Assembly: GCF_003918875.1 (NCBI RefSeq)
Contig: NW_025767181.1
Location: forward strand, 186,001 to 250,000
Origin: Haliotis rubra
Lineage: Eukaryota
DNA: 64,000 bases
Reading direction: 5' to 3'
Below, one piece after another: positions 49,531 to 61,144 of this stretch (position 1 is its first letter; every line of letters starts with the position of its first letter). A model generated the notes under the pieces. It did not search any database and was not told the origin of the DNA. It saw nothing but the letters and a program-made list of their open reading frames with translations. The position numbers and the translations under genes are program-made.

Positions 49531-50353
49531 TCAATGACATATAATATGCTGTTCGCGGGTTCGAATCCCGGTCTTTGATAGGAACAATGATTTCTTTCGT
49601 ATTGCCTGCATGGAAATCGTACCCGTTAGTATCACCAAAGTAGCCTAATGGACATCGTTAACTTTCAACACTATGCCCCTGTAGTGTTCCACAGAGCAAA
49701 GCATTGTTAGTGTCCACAGAGCAAAGTATTGTTTATTGCACCTGCTGCAATTGGTGAATTTTAGTTTGCTCAACTGATCGTGCTATTGCGTCCATGATCA
49801 AATGAACGTACAAGTGCAAACAGCAATGCAACTGTTACACTTTAAACAGAGAAAGGGTTTTAAATCTGTAATGCATTTGCATTTTAAATATGCAGTAATA
49901 TACTTGGTGTTAGCTCTCCATTTTAACTACTCCATGTATCTTCTGTGCCAGTGTTAAATAAATATTGCATAAATGAGTTGAAGAATAGCAGATGACAGTA
50001 AAAGAAGCCATTGAAAATTTAAAAGAAAATATTTGGGGTAAAACAAGGGTTCAAGAAACAGCCAAGCATTCTAATAAATATGCTTCGTATAATCTTCAAT
50101 ACAAATGAATATATTCGGAAGTTAAATGATGCACCTTAAATACCTACTCATGAAGGCGTATTTTCGACTTGAAGGTCGTAATTTACAATGTGTTAGTGCA
50201 TATTAATGCAGGGCGCACAATTTGGATGGTTGCGTGTTTGGTGGAAGCTTGATACCTTGTACGATTGTTTGCTGAATTTTAACAGCACGATGTTTGTTCA
50301 GCTCATAAAACCTTTACCCTATGCCCCGGTCTCTCGAAAATGTACATGCTGAG

Positions 50354-50596
50354 TGAGTGAGTTTAGTTTTACGCCGCACTCAGCAATATTCCAGCTATAT
50401 GGCGGCGGTCTGTAAATAATCGAGTCTGGACCAGACAATCCAGTGATCAACAGCACAGGCATCGATCTGCGCAATTGGGAACCGATGACATGTGTCAACC
50501 AAGTCAGCGAGCCTGACCACCCGATCCCGTTAGTCGCTTCTTACGACAAGCATAGGTTACTTAAGATCAATATTCAAACCCGGACCTTCACGGGTA
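50354..50596 (-). mobile_element. Full-length family B SINE
   Basis: Matches 17775-18026; TSD GTACAT(G/T)CTGAG. Confidence 0.9.
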
Positions 50597-50703
50597 GTAC
50601 ATTCTGAGGGAGGGAACGTTAAGCTGAAACTGGACAAATCCTGTACGTGCGTTGTTCATGTGGTAACAGAGTTTTTGAGGCAGCCTAAAATTGCTATGCT
50701 GTT

Positions 50704-50760
50704 TCTCCACACCTCTTCCTCATAGAATATGTATGGGATGAGATCGATAGACATCTACGA
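50704..50760 (+). mobile_element. Tc1 transposase C-terminal relic
   Basis: Translates SPHLFLIEYVWDEIDRHLR, cf. SPDLNPIEHLWDEAQRRL at ~38820. Confidence 0.55.
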
Positions 50761-51059
50761 CAGGATTAGAATCAACGTGTAGCGCAAAAGGTGGTCACGG
50801 TCGATACTGACATCATTAACTGAGGTGTTACACCAACCCTCTGTCAGGGTGTGGTATGAGAACTCAATTAAAAATATCAATATCGGGTAAGATCACAACT
50901 TGCGTACAACTACTGTTTTGGTGCACACTCTGCTTGTAATTGTTTTCAGATTCCTATGCTTGATCCGTGTGCGATACCCGCATTTTTTCGGAAAGCGAAC
51001 ATAAAATCTCTAATCATCATTGCCATGCTTGTCATACAGCGACAGGTTTACCGACTTGG

Positions 51060-51210
51060 TTGATGCGTGGCATTGTATCTCATTTGCCCAGATCTATGTT
51101 CATCATGTTCATGATCACTGAATTGTCAGGTTCAGGCATGAGTATTTACAGACCGCCTTCATACAGCTCGAAAACTGTGCAGTGTAGCATTAAAAACAGG
51201 CAAACAAACA
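51060..51210 (+). mobile_element. Old family B SINE fragment
   Basis: AGATCTATGTTCATCATGTTCATGATCACTGAATTGTC...ATTTACAGACCGCC resembles the family B body. Confidence 0.6.
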
Positions 51211-51262
51211 ATTTCAGGGTGAGCCTCTGTCTTTAAATACCGTGTTTTGTCAATGAGTAAGG

Positions 51263-51436
51263 GTGAGTGAGTGTATGAGTTTAGTTTTACGCCGCTTTAA
51301 GCAATATTCTAGACATCAATATCACTGCGGGGGACACCAGAAATGTACTTTACACATTGTACCCATGTGGGGAATCGAACCCGGGTCTTCGGCGTGACGA
51401 GCGAACGCTTCAACCACTAGGGTACCCCACGCCCCC
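51263..51436 (-). mobile_element. Full-length family A SINE
   Basis: Matches 11522-11683; flanking TGAGTAAG duplication. Confidence 0.9.
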
Positions 51437-51773
51437 AGTGAGTAAGATGTGACGAAACATTGACGAGACAAGGAACAAATATTGCGTTGTCGTTTCCAAC
51501 ATTTGCACCGTATTATCTGGGGCACAGTTGTCTTCTGCTAGATAATATTTTGATTTGAGTACATTTGTTTCTTCTCTTTTTGTCATTATGCAGAGATGAT
51601 GAAGTACACTTCTCTTCGTGCTTGTTCTTTATATATTTGTTTTTGGTTTTGAAACTTTTGCAAGTAAAAATAAAGAAACCTAATATACATGTGCGCTTCC
51701 AAAATTACATATTTTTATGTGTATATTTCAGCTTGAAGGCATCACGGGGGTGATAGAATAACCAAAAAATGAA

Positions 51774-51971
51774 ATGTTTAAATGCAATAATCATAATATA
51801 TTTGCATATCATTTTGTAATAATTTGCCCATTTTATTCATATCTGAGAGAACAATATATGAAGAAATATTCTGTAAACCCGTTACTGTACACGTGCACAA
51901 AGCTATTGGCAAGTGGAAACAGTAGCATTTTCACAAAGGCGGGAAATAATATTATGTTAACTAAGATTTAA
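51774..51971 (+). mobile_element. 3' ORF2 remnant of a CR1/L2-group LINE
   Basis: CNN...YHFVIICPFYSYLREQYM resembles the C-terminal H-x4-C-P-x-Y-x2-LR motif of such LINEs. Confidence 0.45.
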
Positions 51972-52652
51972 GATGCGAAAACAGCTAAAGTTACCAGAAA
52001 CCGACCTCTACGGTGTCATCCATTGTCGCCTGTGTACGGCCAGAGTTGCAAGGAGTCTGTGTGTCTGTAGTGTGACTGACCACAGAGGTACATGCACGAC
52101 GTTGAACAACTCCAAATGACTGGCATGGCATGACTTCACACTGGATTCACATGACAATAAGACCTGACAGGCTTGCACACCTACAGTTTGGTAGGTACGA
52201 CAAAAGCGGGTTTTTCAACTGTAGTCCACACAATTTGGTGGCGCCTGCATTTCGTGAAAGCCATGTTCTGTCACTACTCCAACGTCATCCGAGGTCTCAT
52301 ATAGGTAACGGAAAAAGCCGAGTTGACCCGAGTGTCGCACAGATCGACGATCAGTAAGAGGGCAAACTGCATCCCGGCACAATATCACAGATAATATCTA
52401 TTTACATGTATGTCTGTACCAAAACTGAATAGAGTAGTATACCACCAGTACCTACATATCACTGACATACGTCATGGTTTTAGATGACCGCTGCAATGAC
52501 GCGTATCTGTACCTCAAAGCTGTACATGCAGGGACGCACACGCAAGCACGCGCGCACACACACACACACACACACATACACACGACAAATATACAGACTG
52601 CCAGACAGTGTAGTTGTCAGTGCAAACTGTCAGTTACAACCATGCTCGAGGT

Positions 52653-52802
52653 TTACTCTATAAGGTCCATAGTCCCCACGATCTCTGCTGAGATGTTCAA
52701 CACTGTAGCCTTCAATTTCTCGGGCGTGACCCCAGAAAGGTACCTCCCCACTCTTTCTAAGACATTCTGTACGATCCACGAGGCAGCCAACTCCACCATC
52801 GA
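52653..52802 (-). CDS. 835-aa orphan gene, last coding exon
   Basis: Acceptor TCTCTGTTTCAG, phase 0, SMVELAASWIVQNVLERVGRYL...MDLIE*; phase matches the donor at 56312. Confidence 0.6.
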   Translation of the reverse strand, partial: SMVELAASWIVQNVLERVGRYLSGVTPEKLKATVLNISAEIVGTMDLIE

Positions 52803-53346
52803 CTGAAACAGAGACATCGTCGTTTAAAACGTGTAGTGCTAGTAATGATGGCCTTCACCTCAGGCTGGCACGTGATTATCAAGTTGTCAGTCGTATAAGC
52901 TTTCCAAGATGATTCTTGGTCAAAGAGGCCGTCTGAACCTTATCATGCGGTAAGGCACACTTTCAAAGTTAGTCATATTGGGCTGGCGTTATGGTGCTGT
53001 TAAAATTATATACCTCAGAGTATCCTTGATAACATCGTTAATATAAGGTATAGATCGGTGATATAGTTTAACTAGTAATGTAATTTATTCTGAGAAGAAA
53101 TATGGCAAGAACTGTGACGGTACCACGGCAGCAACAAAGTTGTCCATGAGGATTGTATAAGTTCCCCCTCCTTACAATTGCATAGGTCTCTGGACACAGG
53201 AATCAGCAATCCGCCATATTCCAGAACCGGCATGTACACATGTATGGTGCTCAGTGAGGGAGATAAACCTACTGATGTAACATTTGATGTAATCCCACTG
53301 TTGAGTAGATACATCTCGTTTTACTTGGCTTGTGCTCTGTACTATA

Positions 53347-53459
53347 CTGGGTCTAGATTTTCGAAGCTCTCTTAGAGCTAAGATAGTCGTAAGTTAATGT
53401 TAATGTAAGGCACCTACGACCATCTTAACACTAAGAGAGCTTCGAAAATCTAGGCCCAG
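53347..53459. mobile_element. Palindromic MITE, PIF/Harbinger-like
   Basis: CTG|GGTCTAGATTTTCGAAGCTCTCTTAG ... CTAAGAGAGCTTCGAAAATCTAGGCC|CAG. Confidence 0.8.
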
Positions 53460-53511
53460 CTATGTAAAACATTTTATCATCCAAAACTGTGTTCCACTGA
53501 GATATTGCTTT

Positions 53512-53872
53512 TTATTACCTACGAGGGCGAACATATCGGGGTTCATATTTTCCTAGGGCAAAATATCGCTTTGTCATGGTGACATGACGTCATGAACAAT
53601 GCTATGACGTCACGTTTCTTCTGTGACGTTGCGTTCTACATGCGGCGACGTGGGTAGACAGCCCATGTTTGAAAGTAGATTTGGGTTATTTTCCTCAATT
53701 TGACGACTTCGGTAATAAACAGAATATTATATTCGTGTCCATATCACACTATGTTTAAGACACTCGTGCCTAAATATCTGTATATCCCTCGCTCTCGCTC
53801 GGGAAATACCAACATTTAGGCACTCGTGTCGTAAAGATAGTATGACATGGGCACTCATATAATGTCCTCTAT
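53512..53872 (-). mobile_element. Non-autonomous element with a long terminal hairpin, Crypton-like
   Basis: ~70-bp imperfect inverted arms (53719-53788 / 53801-53872) around TCGCTCTCGCTC. Family call is from recalled resemblance only. Confidence 0.45.
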
Positions 53873-54769
53873 GTGTGAGATCAAACGATCTCCTAGGACA
53901 TATCGTTTTGACTATAGATTCTGTACAATGCCCTGACGTCATCAATTACATGAGATCACAATACTTTGACACCATCCATTAGATGACTCACAATGCTATG
54001 ACTTTAAATACCTGATGACAGCAAAAGGTGTCGGCCCTTCAAAGCGAAATTTCAATATTCCCTATTCCCGGTAAAGCGAAAACCAAAGTTGTGCTAGAAG
54101 TGCCGCGAAAGCGAATTGCTATGAAAACATCGGATTACCGTACTTCAGATTAGCGCGCGGCCCCAATACTCGTTCTGTGAACCGCTTAACTGAGATGAAG
54201 TTTCAGTTGTTTCAAGTTTCAGCACTTGATCTATGACAAGTTTAAGCATCAGTGTAGGAAAACCCTCCGAGAAAAGAAGTATTGGAGCTGTGTAGTAAAA
54301 TTTGTTTGTTGTTTGACTTATTTGACTATTTTATTTAATCCACCGTGCAAAGACGGTTGATCGAGGAGATCTCACTAATTCTCAGTTACTGGGACAATGG
54401 CTGTCGCCGACATTTGATTATGTCGGTAGAGTCAGAGTAATTTACGTTACGTTGTGTTTGTTTACAGCTTTTCTTGTGGTAAATCATCGCACAGACCCAC
54501 AAGATAATTTTTCTTGATTGGTCTGTTCATCTATTCTCGATATCTAAAAACATATAGTTTCGTTAACATTGATTTTTCTTACAATATGGAAAAATATGCT
54601 CGACATCAGTAGAGATTTTTTAAGCAAGTACTCATACGTTACCGTTTTAACTCAAAATCTAGCATCACAGTAATAGTCTTCATCACTGTACATTTGTTGT
54701 TATACATGTGCCCCAACCAAGCATTCTGTATTTATTCATCTTGCCATAACATTATTCATTACCAGAACT

Positions 54770-55033
54770 GACCCGTGAAGATCAGGGGTAGAATAGGTCT
54801 TCAGCAACCCATTCTTGTCATAAAAGGCGACTATGCTTGTGGTAAAAGGCGACTAACGGGATCGGGTGGTCAGGCTCGCTGACTTGGTTGACACATGTCA
54901 TCGGTTCCCAATTGCGCAGATCGATGCTCATGCTGTTGATCACTGGATTGTCTGGTCCAGACTCGATTATTTACAGACCGCCGCCATATAGCTGGAATAT
55001 TGCTGAGTGCGGCGTAAAACTAAACTCACTCAC
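54770..55033 (+). mobile_element. Full-length family B SINE
   Basis: Perfect 14-bp TSD TCATTACCAGAACT (54756-54769, 55034-55047); internal duplication of CTTGT..TAAAAGGCGACTA; (TCAC)n tail. Confidence 0.93.
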
Positions 55034-55437
55034 TCATTACCAGAACTAGTTTACGTTACTATAATTTACATTACCGCCATATTTGGAAATTTGGAAAGTT
55101 TCGCGAAACTTTTGTGTTTTGTTGTCTGGCATTGCCGAAATATCAAATGTGAATCAAACTTTGACAAGTGAAAATAGTTTTAGGTTGTTATCGCTCTCTA
55201 TATATAAGTAACGTAAAATACTTTGCGGTAACGTAAATGACGTCAATGAATGCTTAACGATGTAAGTTGTGTATGCACGATATTTTCAATTCCATCTCCA
55301 CATGATCCATCCATGTGACTTATCGGTGAACAGTTTGTGGCTCAAACATTTACTGATATTTATATATTAAATTTCTACCCTGACTACGGTATCAGACGGC
55401 GACTCACACTTCTTTGTTTTTCTTGTGTATTGAGAGT

Positions 55438-55698
55438 CCCGGGAACGCGAAATTCAGTGTTCACTGTAGCTTGACCGTTCTCGCGAAAGCGAAACCTAAA
55501 TTGAGGAGGTTTAGTCCTGGGACCTGTTTCTCAAAGCGATCGTAGCGCTACGACAGTCGTAAGTCTATGTTAAAGTATGGGAGTTACGATCATCTTCACG
55601 CTACGACTGTCGTAAGTCTATGTTAAAGTATGGGAGTTACGATCATCTTAGCGCTACGATCGTGTTGAGGAACGAGGCCCAGATTTCGCTTTCCCGGG
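55438..55698. mobile_element. Nested MITEs; inner element 55517-55682 related to 53347-53459
   Basis: Outer TIR CCCGGGAACGCGAAAT / ATTTCGCTTTCCCGGG; inner CTG|GG...CC|CAG element with a duplicated GTCGTAAGTCTATGTTAAAGTATGGGAGTTACGA core. Confidence 0.65.
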
Positions 55699-56312
55699 CC
55701 ATAACCCAGCAAAATGCTATGACGCCATAAACTTGATGACGTCACAATGCTATGACATCGCTGCACTGCAAGTCTAATGGCAACACCGTGTTCAGAGATG
55801 TATATATATCTCATTGAAACTTAATGAAGAGCAATATTTGATAATAAATAAAATCACTTTAAACACAGCAGGATTACTCCCTACCTCTACCATAACACTG
55901 AAGAACGGTTGATTTTGATTAGTATCTATGTTCCAGCTGAGACGTCTTTAAATTCAGCCTTTTCACACAAAAAATCGTATAAATACATGGATAGCCTCAG
56001 TACGTCTGAGGCTATCGAAAACTACGAAAACTCTCACAGTCGATTGGTGATGTTGGCTTGTGGAGTAGAGATCCGTTTAAGCCATATTTTCCTCAACACC
56101 AATATCGAAATTGTTTTCAATACTTTTTGACATGATCACGTTTACCTTTGTCCGCCAGTACACTTGTTAAAACAAGGAATGGCTTCATAAAGCAGGGTGC
56201 TGTCATGTCTTCCAACAACCACGGCCCTATCACACTCTTCACTGTAGACAATTTGGGTTAAGGATTTATTGTGAAAATAAGAGATTATTACTGAATGAGA
56301 AGCCATACTTAC

Positions 56313-58090
56313 AACATCACCATAGAAGCTGAGGCTTCTGTTAAGCTCTGCAAGATCAACGGATGCCTGTGATTCATTGAGTGATGAATTCTGCAACTCC
56401 TCGCTGATGTTGAAATCATTTTCATCCAAAGTAGGGACAGAGTCAAAGTCGAAAGGAAGGTCATCAAGGGAGACAACCTCTTGGACCTGTGCGTCCCCTC
56501 CAACTGGTTCACGTGAAACCGTGGACAGAGCAGCTCTCTCTATTTCTCGCGCTAATGCCAGATCGGGCAGAAACATTAATTCTGGACCATTAAAATTATA
56601 CATTTGGTATGCATCTCCATTCCTGGAATTGTCTCTGGAAGTGGGTGATTGGAAGGTTCGCGGCTGCCGGTGTCTGTAACCTCCATGTCCACACAGTCTT
56701 GCGTGTTGACGATCGGAGGCTGGGGCTGACTCTTGGTCTTGGACTGTCTGAAACCGGTTTTTGGTTGTGCGGCCACGAGATGGCCTTTGGCTTGAGTCCA
56801 AGTCATGTCCAAACTGATCCCCCAGAAATTCGGAAGTGTGACCTTCCTCATCGAAACTAGAATTAGCTCTCGGGGGACCAATATTTTCATGTAAAAGAGC
56901 TTCCCCGAACAGTTCGTCCAACTGTTGTTTTATCCTTGGAGAGTCAGACCCGTTCACACCACTGCATCCGGGCACGGGGGACGGATCTCTGGTGCTTCCT
57001 AAACTTACAGGGTTACTGCTGGATACTTCCCGCTCCTCACCACCTACCCTGTGTACTTGGGAATGTCCGTTGCTAGATGACGACTGCTCTTTACAGTAGG
57101 GACAGTCATGAAACACAGAGGCACGCCAGTCCGGGAAGGACTCCACCTGGGATATGTCTGTATCCAGCGCATCGGGCCCACGAATCTGCTTCGATAGAGT
57201 TTTTGTAAGCTCGTCGTTTATACTCGCCTGGCTGCCCGTCACTGCACCGTGCACCAGATCATGTCCAGATAACGATTCGTGATATTTCTTCACAAATTTC
57301 TCATCTCTACCCCACACGTGTACCTCTGTCGGTGAAACATCTATTGTCGAATACGCACTTTCATCAGGAACTATTATTTCTGCAACCCCGCGACTATAGG
57401 GAACGCGTTCTCTGGGTGTGTTGCCATAAGGAGAAGTGCCTGTCTCATGAGACCTCTGTTTGGAAGAATCTTCGGTACCCATTTCAAGATGATAAGGATG
57501 CTTGACCAAGATCTTGCAGCCTCTCAGTTCATACCGGCCATGATCATGTTCACAGTAGGGATCAATACAAAACAGAACGTCCAAGACATCCTGTGGTAAA
57601 GTGTCTCTGTATCTGATGTCGTACACAGCAATGGTCCGGTCAGTCGTTACTTCTCCGCCCTTCACATTGCTCTTATCGGGCGAGCTTGGCATCTGCGGGC
57701 AGCTGGCATCATGGTCGTTTTCTGAGATACTTCGAAAAGTTTCTTGAACCCGCCTCTTGACATTATCAAGAGAATATTCAGACGATAATCCGGCAATATA
57801 TCTGAGAGAATTTTCGTCTATATCGTCAACATCTACAGCCTCATCGCGAGTCTTAGTCCACCTTGGGTAGCAATTGCATGGGTCTTCGTCAACACGGTCA
57901 ACGCCATCGTTAGGGTAGTCGTCCGTATCGGAGGATCGGTAACGGGAGGCACCTCTTTGGCGCTGTTTCTTCTTCTTTCTCTGTCTGTCTTTCTTGGAGG
58001 GGTGATCCGTCTTCAGTCGTGCTAGCCGTTGGGATCGTCCCGAGGAGCTTTCTTTACTTGGACAAATGTTTGAAAACGTTACTCTCTTTT
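56313..58090 (-). CDS. 835-aa orphan gene, large coding exon 3
   Basis: Frame of ORF 56142-57692 stays open upstream to acceptor GTTTCAG at 58091 (phase 1); donor GTT|GTAAGT at 56312. Confidence 0.8.
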
Positions 58091-58387
58091 CTGAAACGTC
58101 AACAGAGGATCGTTTTATGCCCGTACAGAGGGTCAGTTTATATGAAAACGTATAAATCTATTTATACTGTAAACATATTATCTATTTGTATTGTATATAC
58201 AACATATTTTAAAACAGCACACATAAGTAAGAGTGAAATAGAATCATGAGTATGTAAACCATTGGTTGATAGTGCTTATCCGCGTCCATGAAAAACATTA
58301 AATGAAACAGATCAAATAATTGCCACCATCCGATCTTCATTATTGTCTGGTCTTTCGAGATGCATGACTGCCTATAACATTACATAC

Positions 58388-58780
58388 CGGATGTAGTATC
58401 ATCGCAGATGAACCAGTTGACAATGGACAGCAAGACGAGGCAGACGACAGCCGACAGCAGGTACACGGAGGTTGGATTGAAGTAGGCCAAAGTTGCCACG
58501 TACGTCAGGGCATTGCTAAAGTAGTTCACTGCCCTGTTCAGCGTGGCCAGGTCAACATTTTGGGCAGCAAGGCTTAAGTAAGCCAGGTGGAAACTGATGT
58601 TGTCCCAAATTGCTAGATGTGACAGGTGTTGATGAACACTTCTCCAGAAGTACAGATCGGGGAGGGAGGAGAACATGCTCTCAAATGGGCCTTGCGTCGT
58701 GAGGTGCTGCAATATACTCTTGATGGGGCTCATGTCGGGCATGTAGGCGTGTAGGCTACCACGAGTGGTTGCCCAGTAGT
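58388..58780 (-). CDS. 835-aa orphan gene, coding exon 2 (contains TM helix)
   Basis: Acceptor TTTTGTCACAG, donor G|GTATGT, both phase 1; VYLLSAVVCLVLLSIVNWFI hydrophobic helix. Confidence 0.78.
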
Positions 58781-59018
58781 CTGTGACAAAATAACATGAA
58801 CGATGTAAAATAACTGGATCATGGGAGATGTACCATGAAAAACCTGAACGTTTTTGAAACGTGTCTGACGAGCCAAAGGATTACTACAAATAGAAATCAT
58901 TGAACACTGTCTTAAGTTTGTACTCAGTACAGTGGATTCATGTAAAACACAGAAAATCTACAGATTGCTTTTAAATATCATATGCATATCACGTTTAATG
59001 AAAGTAAACGTAGCTCAC

Positions 59019-59205
59019 CATCATATGGGTTCATCATCTCCGACAGTTTTCTGCAGCATTTTTCTTCCGGCTCAAAGAGATCCCAGTCCGGCTCAGGGTA
59101 TTCAGGACACATGTCAAACACGTCATATCCATCTTTGTCGAACCAGGTTATACTTGATATCACGTAATTCCAGATCTTCTCAGAAAATCCTTCTTCTTCA
59201 CCCAT
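59019..59205 (-). CDS. 835-aa orphan gene, first coding exon
   Basis: Acceptor TTTCTTCGTAG at 59210, GGCATGG start, MGEEEGFSEKIWNY..., donor G|GTGAG phase 1; candidate 5' UTR exon donor GTAAGT at 59447. Confidence 0.72.
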
Positions 59206-59574
59206 GCCCCTACGAAGAAACAACAGTACAGTAAAAATGTAGTAAGGATCAAACTGCAGTATATCCATATATTAAACACTTTCCGGACATATTTAGTACA
59301 TTACTACACAAATATTATGAATATTTGTTGCCTTGAACAGAATTTGATGGCTATACCGCATACGAAGGTGAAAAGTGGAGCATTCAGTGTAAACTAAACG
59401 AAAACATTCACAGACGTGTTTGTGGAACCAAGATAGCCAGGACTTACTTATATGTACACCATCCATCTGTGCAGGTTGAGATCTGATGAAAGATAAAAGC
59501 ACCGATTACTAAGAAAAATGGTATGGTTCCCATCTCTCATTATCGGTATCAGACATCTTCTAGTTCCCTAAAAA

Positions 59575-59670
59575 TAACGACATCCGCTTCCGGAATACCA
59601 CACCCCCTTTCTGACGTCATAATTGTGACGTCACAGAACCTCGGTACACTTCAAAGTGGCGTCAGGCATC
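59575..59670. promoter_or_regulatory. Putative promoter between divergent genes (ETS site plus two CRE palindromes)
   Basis: CGCTTCCGG, then TGACGTCA at ~59612 and ~59626. Confidence 0.5.
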
Positions 59671-60219
59671 ACGACAGACACACTCGTGTCTTTCCTTCTT
59701 TTTCGATTCTTGTTGGGTACAGAAACTTGTGAATTGTGACGAATGGCATGCCTGTTGAAGTGGCCAAAAATAGTATAAATTGATAATTATGCATTTATTC
59801 ATGTTACGGTAAGACAAAATAACAAAGGCATTTTTAATCAAACCACAAATATGAAAATAACTACTGACATATCAGAAAGTACTGATATTTCCAATGTTAA
59901 TAACGAAAGCGCTTGACATTCTACGTTTGATGTTCGTCATAAAGAGAAACGGCAAAGAGCAATTTAATTACACGATACGCGCACTGCGACTGAACGCAAG
60001 TCTATATTGCAAAGGCGAATAACTCTAGTTTGATTTGGGACCAAGTGTCGACCTCAGCAGTCGAGTGTTATACGCCGGCAAAATCATGTCACACTCTCAG
60101 GGTGGCTTGATCACATGACAATGACAGGAGATAAGGGCATGAGAATGTTCATCTGACGGGCATTTCTCGCCGGTCAGTTGCAGTAGGAGAGGCGCGGAAT
60201 AAAGAAATCAGAGAATACG

Positions 60220-60360
60220 ATGGTGCCGGTTAAAGTGATGTTATGGCTCCTGGCTTGTCTACACGTGACAGCAGTGCGATCTTACGCCATGGACGACGTA
60301 GGAGCTTTGCTAAAACGCTATCGCAAGCAAGAAATTGACCCAGAGGTCAACATGAATGTT
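60220..60360 (+). CDS. Acid lipase family (LIPA/gastric lipase-like), first coding exon
   Basis: Signal peptide then IDPEVNMNV|GTGAGT; DPE.NMNV followed by a phase-0 intron is the known N-terminal arrangement of this family. Later exons not found in the window. Confidence 0.8.
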
Positions 60361-60424
60361 GTGAGTAAAAACAAATTTGCCCTGTACCTTCAGCTTCTGG
60401 GTATTTTTTCAGATTGTGTCGATC

Positions 60425-60704
60425 TTAGGCACCGTTCATAATTTATGGCTAAGGGGATGGTGATCATTTTTATGGAGAAGCATGTACAATGTGAATGCCG
60501 CCCCCCCATTTTCTTTTAGGACCCCCCCTATCATGTCATGTACAAAATCACTGACAACCCCACCCCCGCCCTTCCAATAATTTTTAGCATAATTTCTAAA
60601 ATTTATGCACAAATTGCTGACATACGCTAGTTCATGTGTACAAAATTGATGACCCCCACCTCCCCCCAGAACGAAATGGGTGACCCCCTTAAAATCATCA
60701 TCAT

Positions 60705-60780
<76 letters not shown>

Positions 60781-60810
60781 GCCCCAAGCCATAAATTATG
60801 AATGGACTCA
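60425..60810. mobile_element. MITE in the lipase intron, containing (CA)n at 60708-60779
   Basis: TIR CCGTTCATAATTTATGGCT / AGCCATAAATTATGAATGG; internal C-tract repeats. Confidence 0.7.
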
Positions 60811-61144
60811 TAGTTTAGATTCTAGTACCAGTTTAGATCTAGTATTAGTACAGATTTTACGTGTTAATGATATTAGTACAGCACATATAATACTAATTAG
60901 CACAGACTGAAACTATCTGATTATATTTGTACAGCCTGTATATCATACAATGTCTAAACACATCTGCAGTGTTAGTGACACTTTATACCATGAACAAATG
61001 ATGAAGTGTATGATCACTTACTCTAGATTCTAGATAATTGAGCAGGGCGTTGTGTTTGGGATTAAATTACAATCTTCTGTCAATGTCAACATATTAAGTG
61101 TCTTCTCAGAAGTATTTCAGAATATTTAATATGTTCTGCGGTAT

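Noticed and set aside
49551-49572. GGTTCGAATCCCGG B-box as a tRNA
   Set aside because: No A box or stems; isolated fragment.
56142-56312. C-terminal 56 codons of the 516-aa ORF
   Set aside because: Follow a consensus GTAAGT donor and are probably intron read-through, although an intron-retaining isoform is not excluded.
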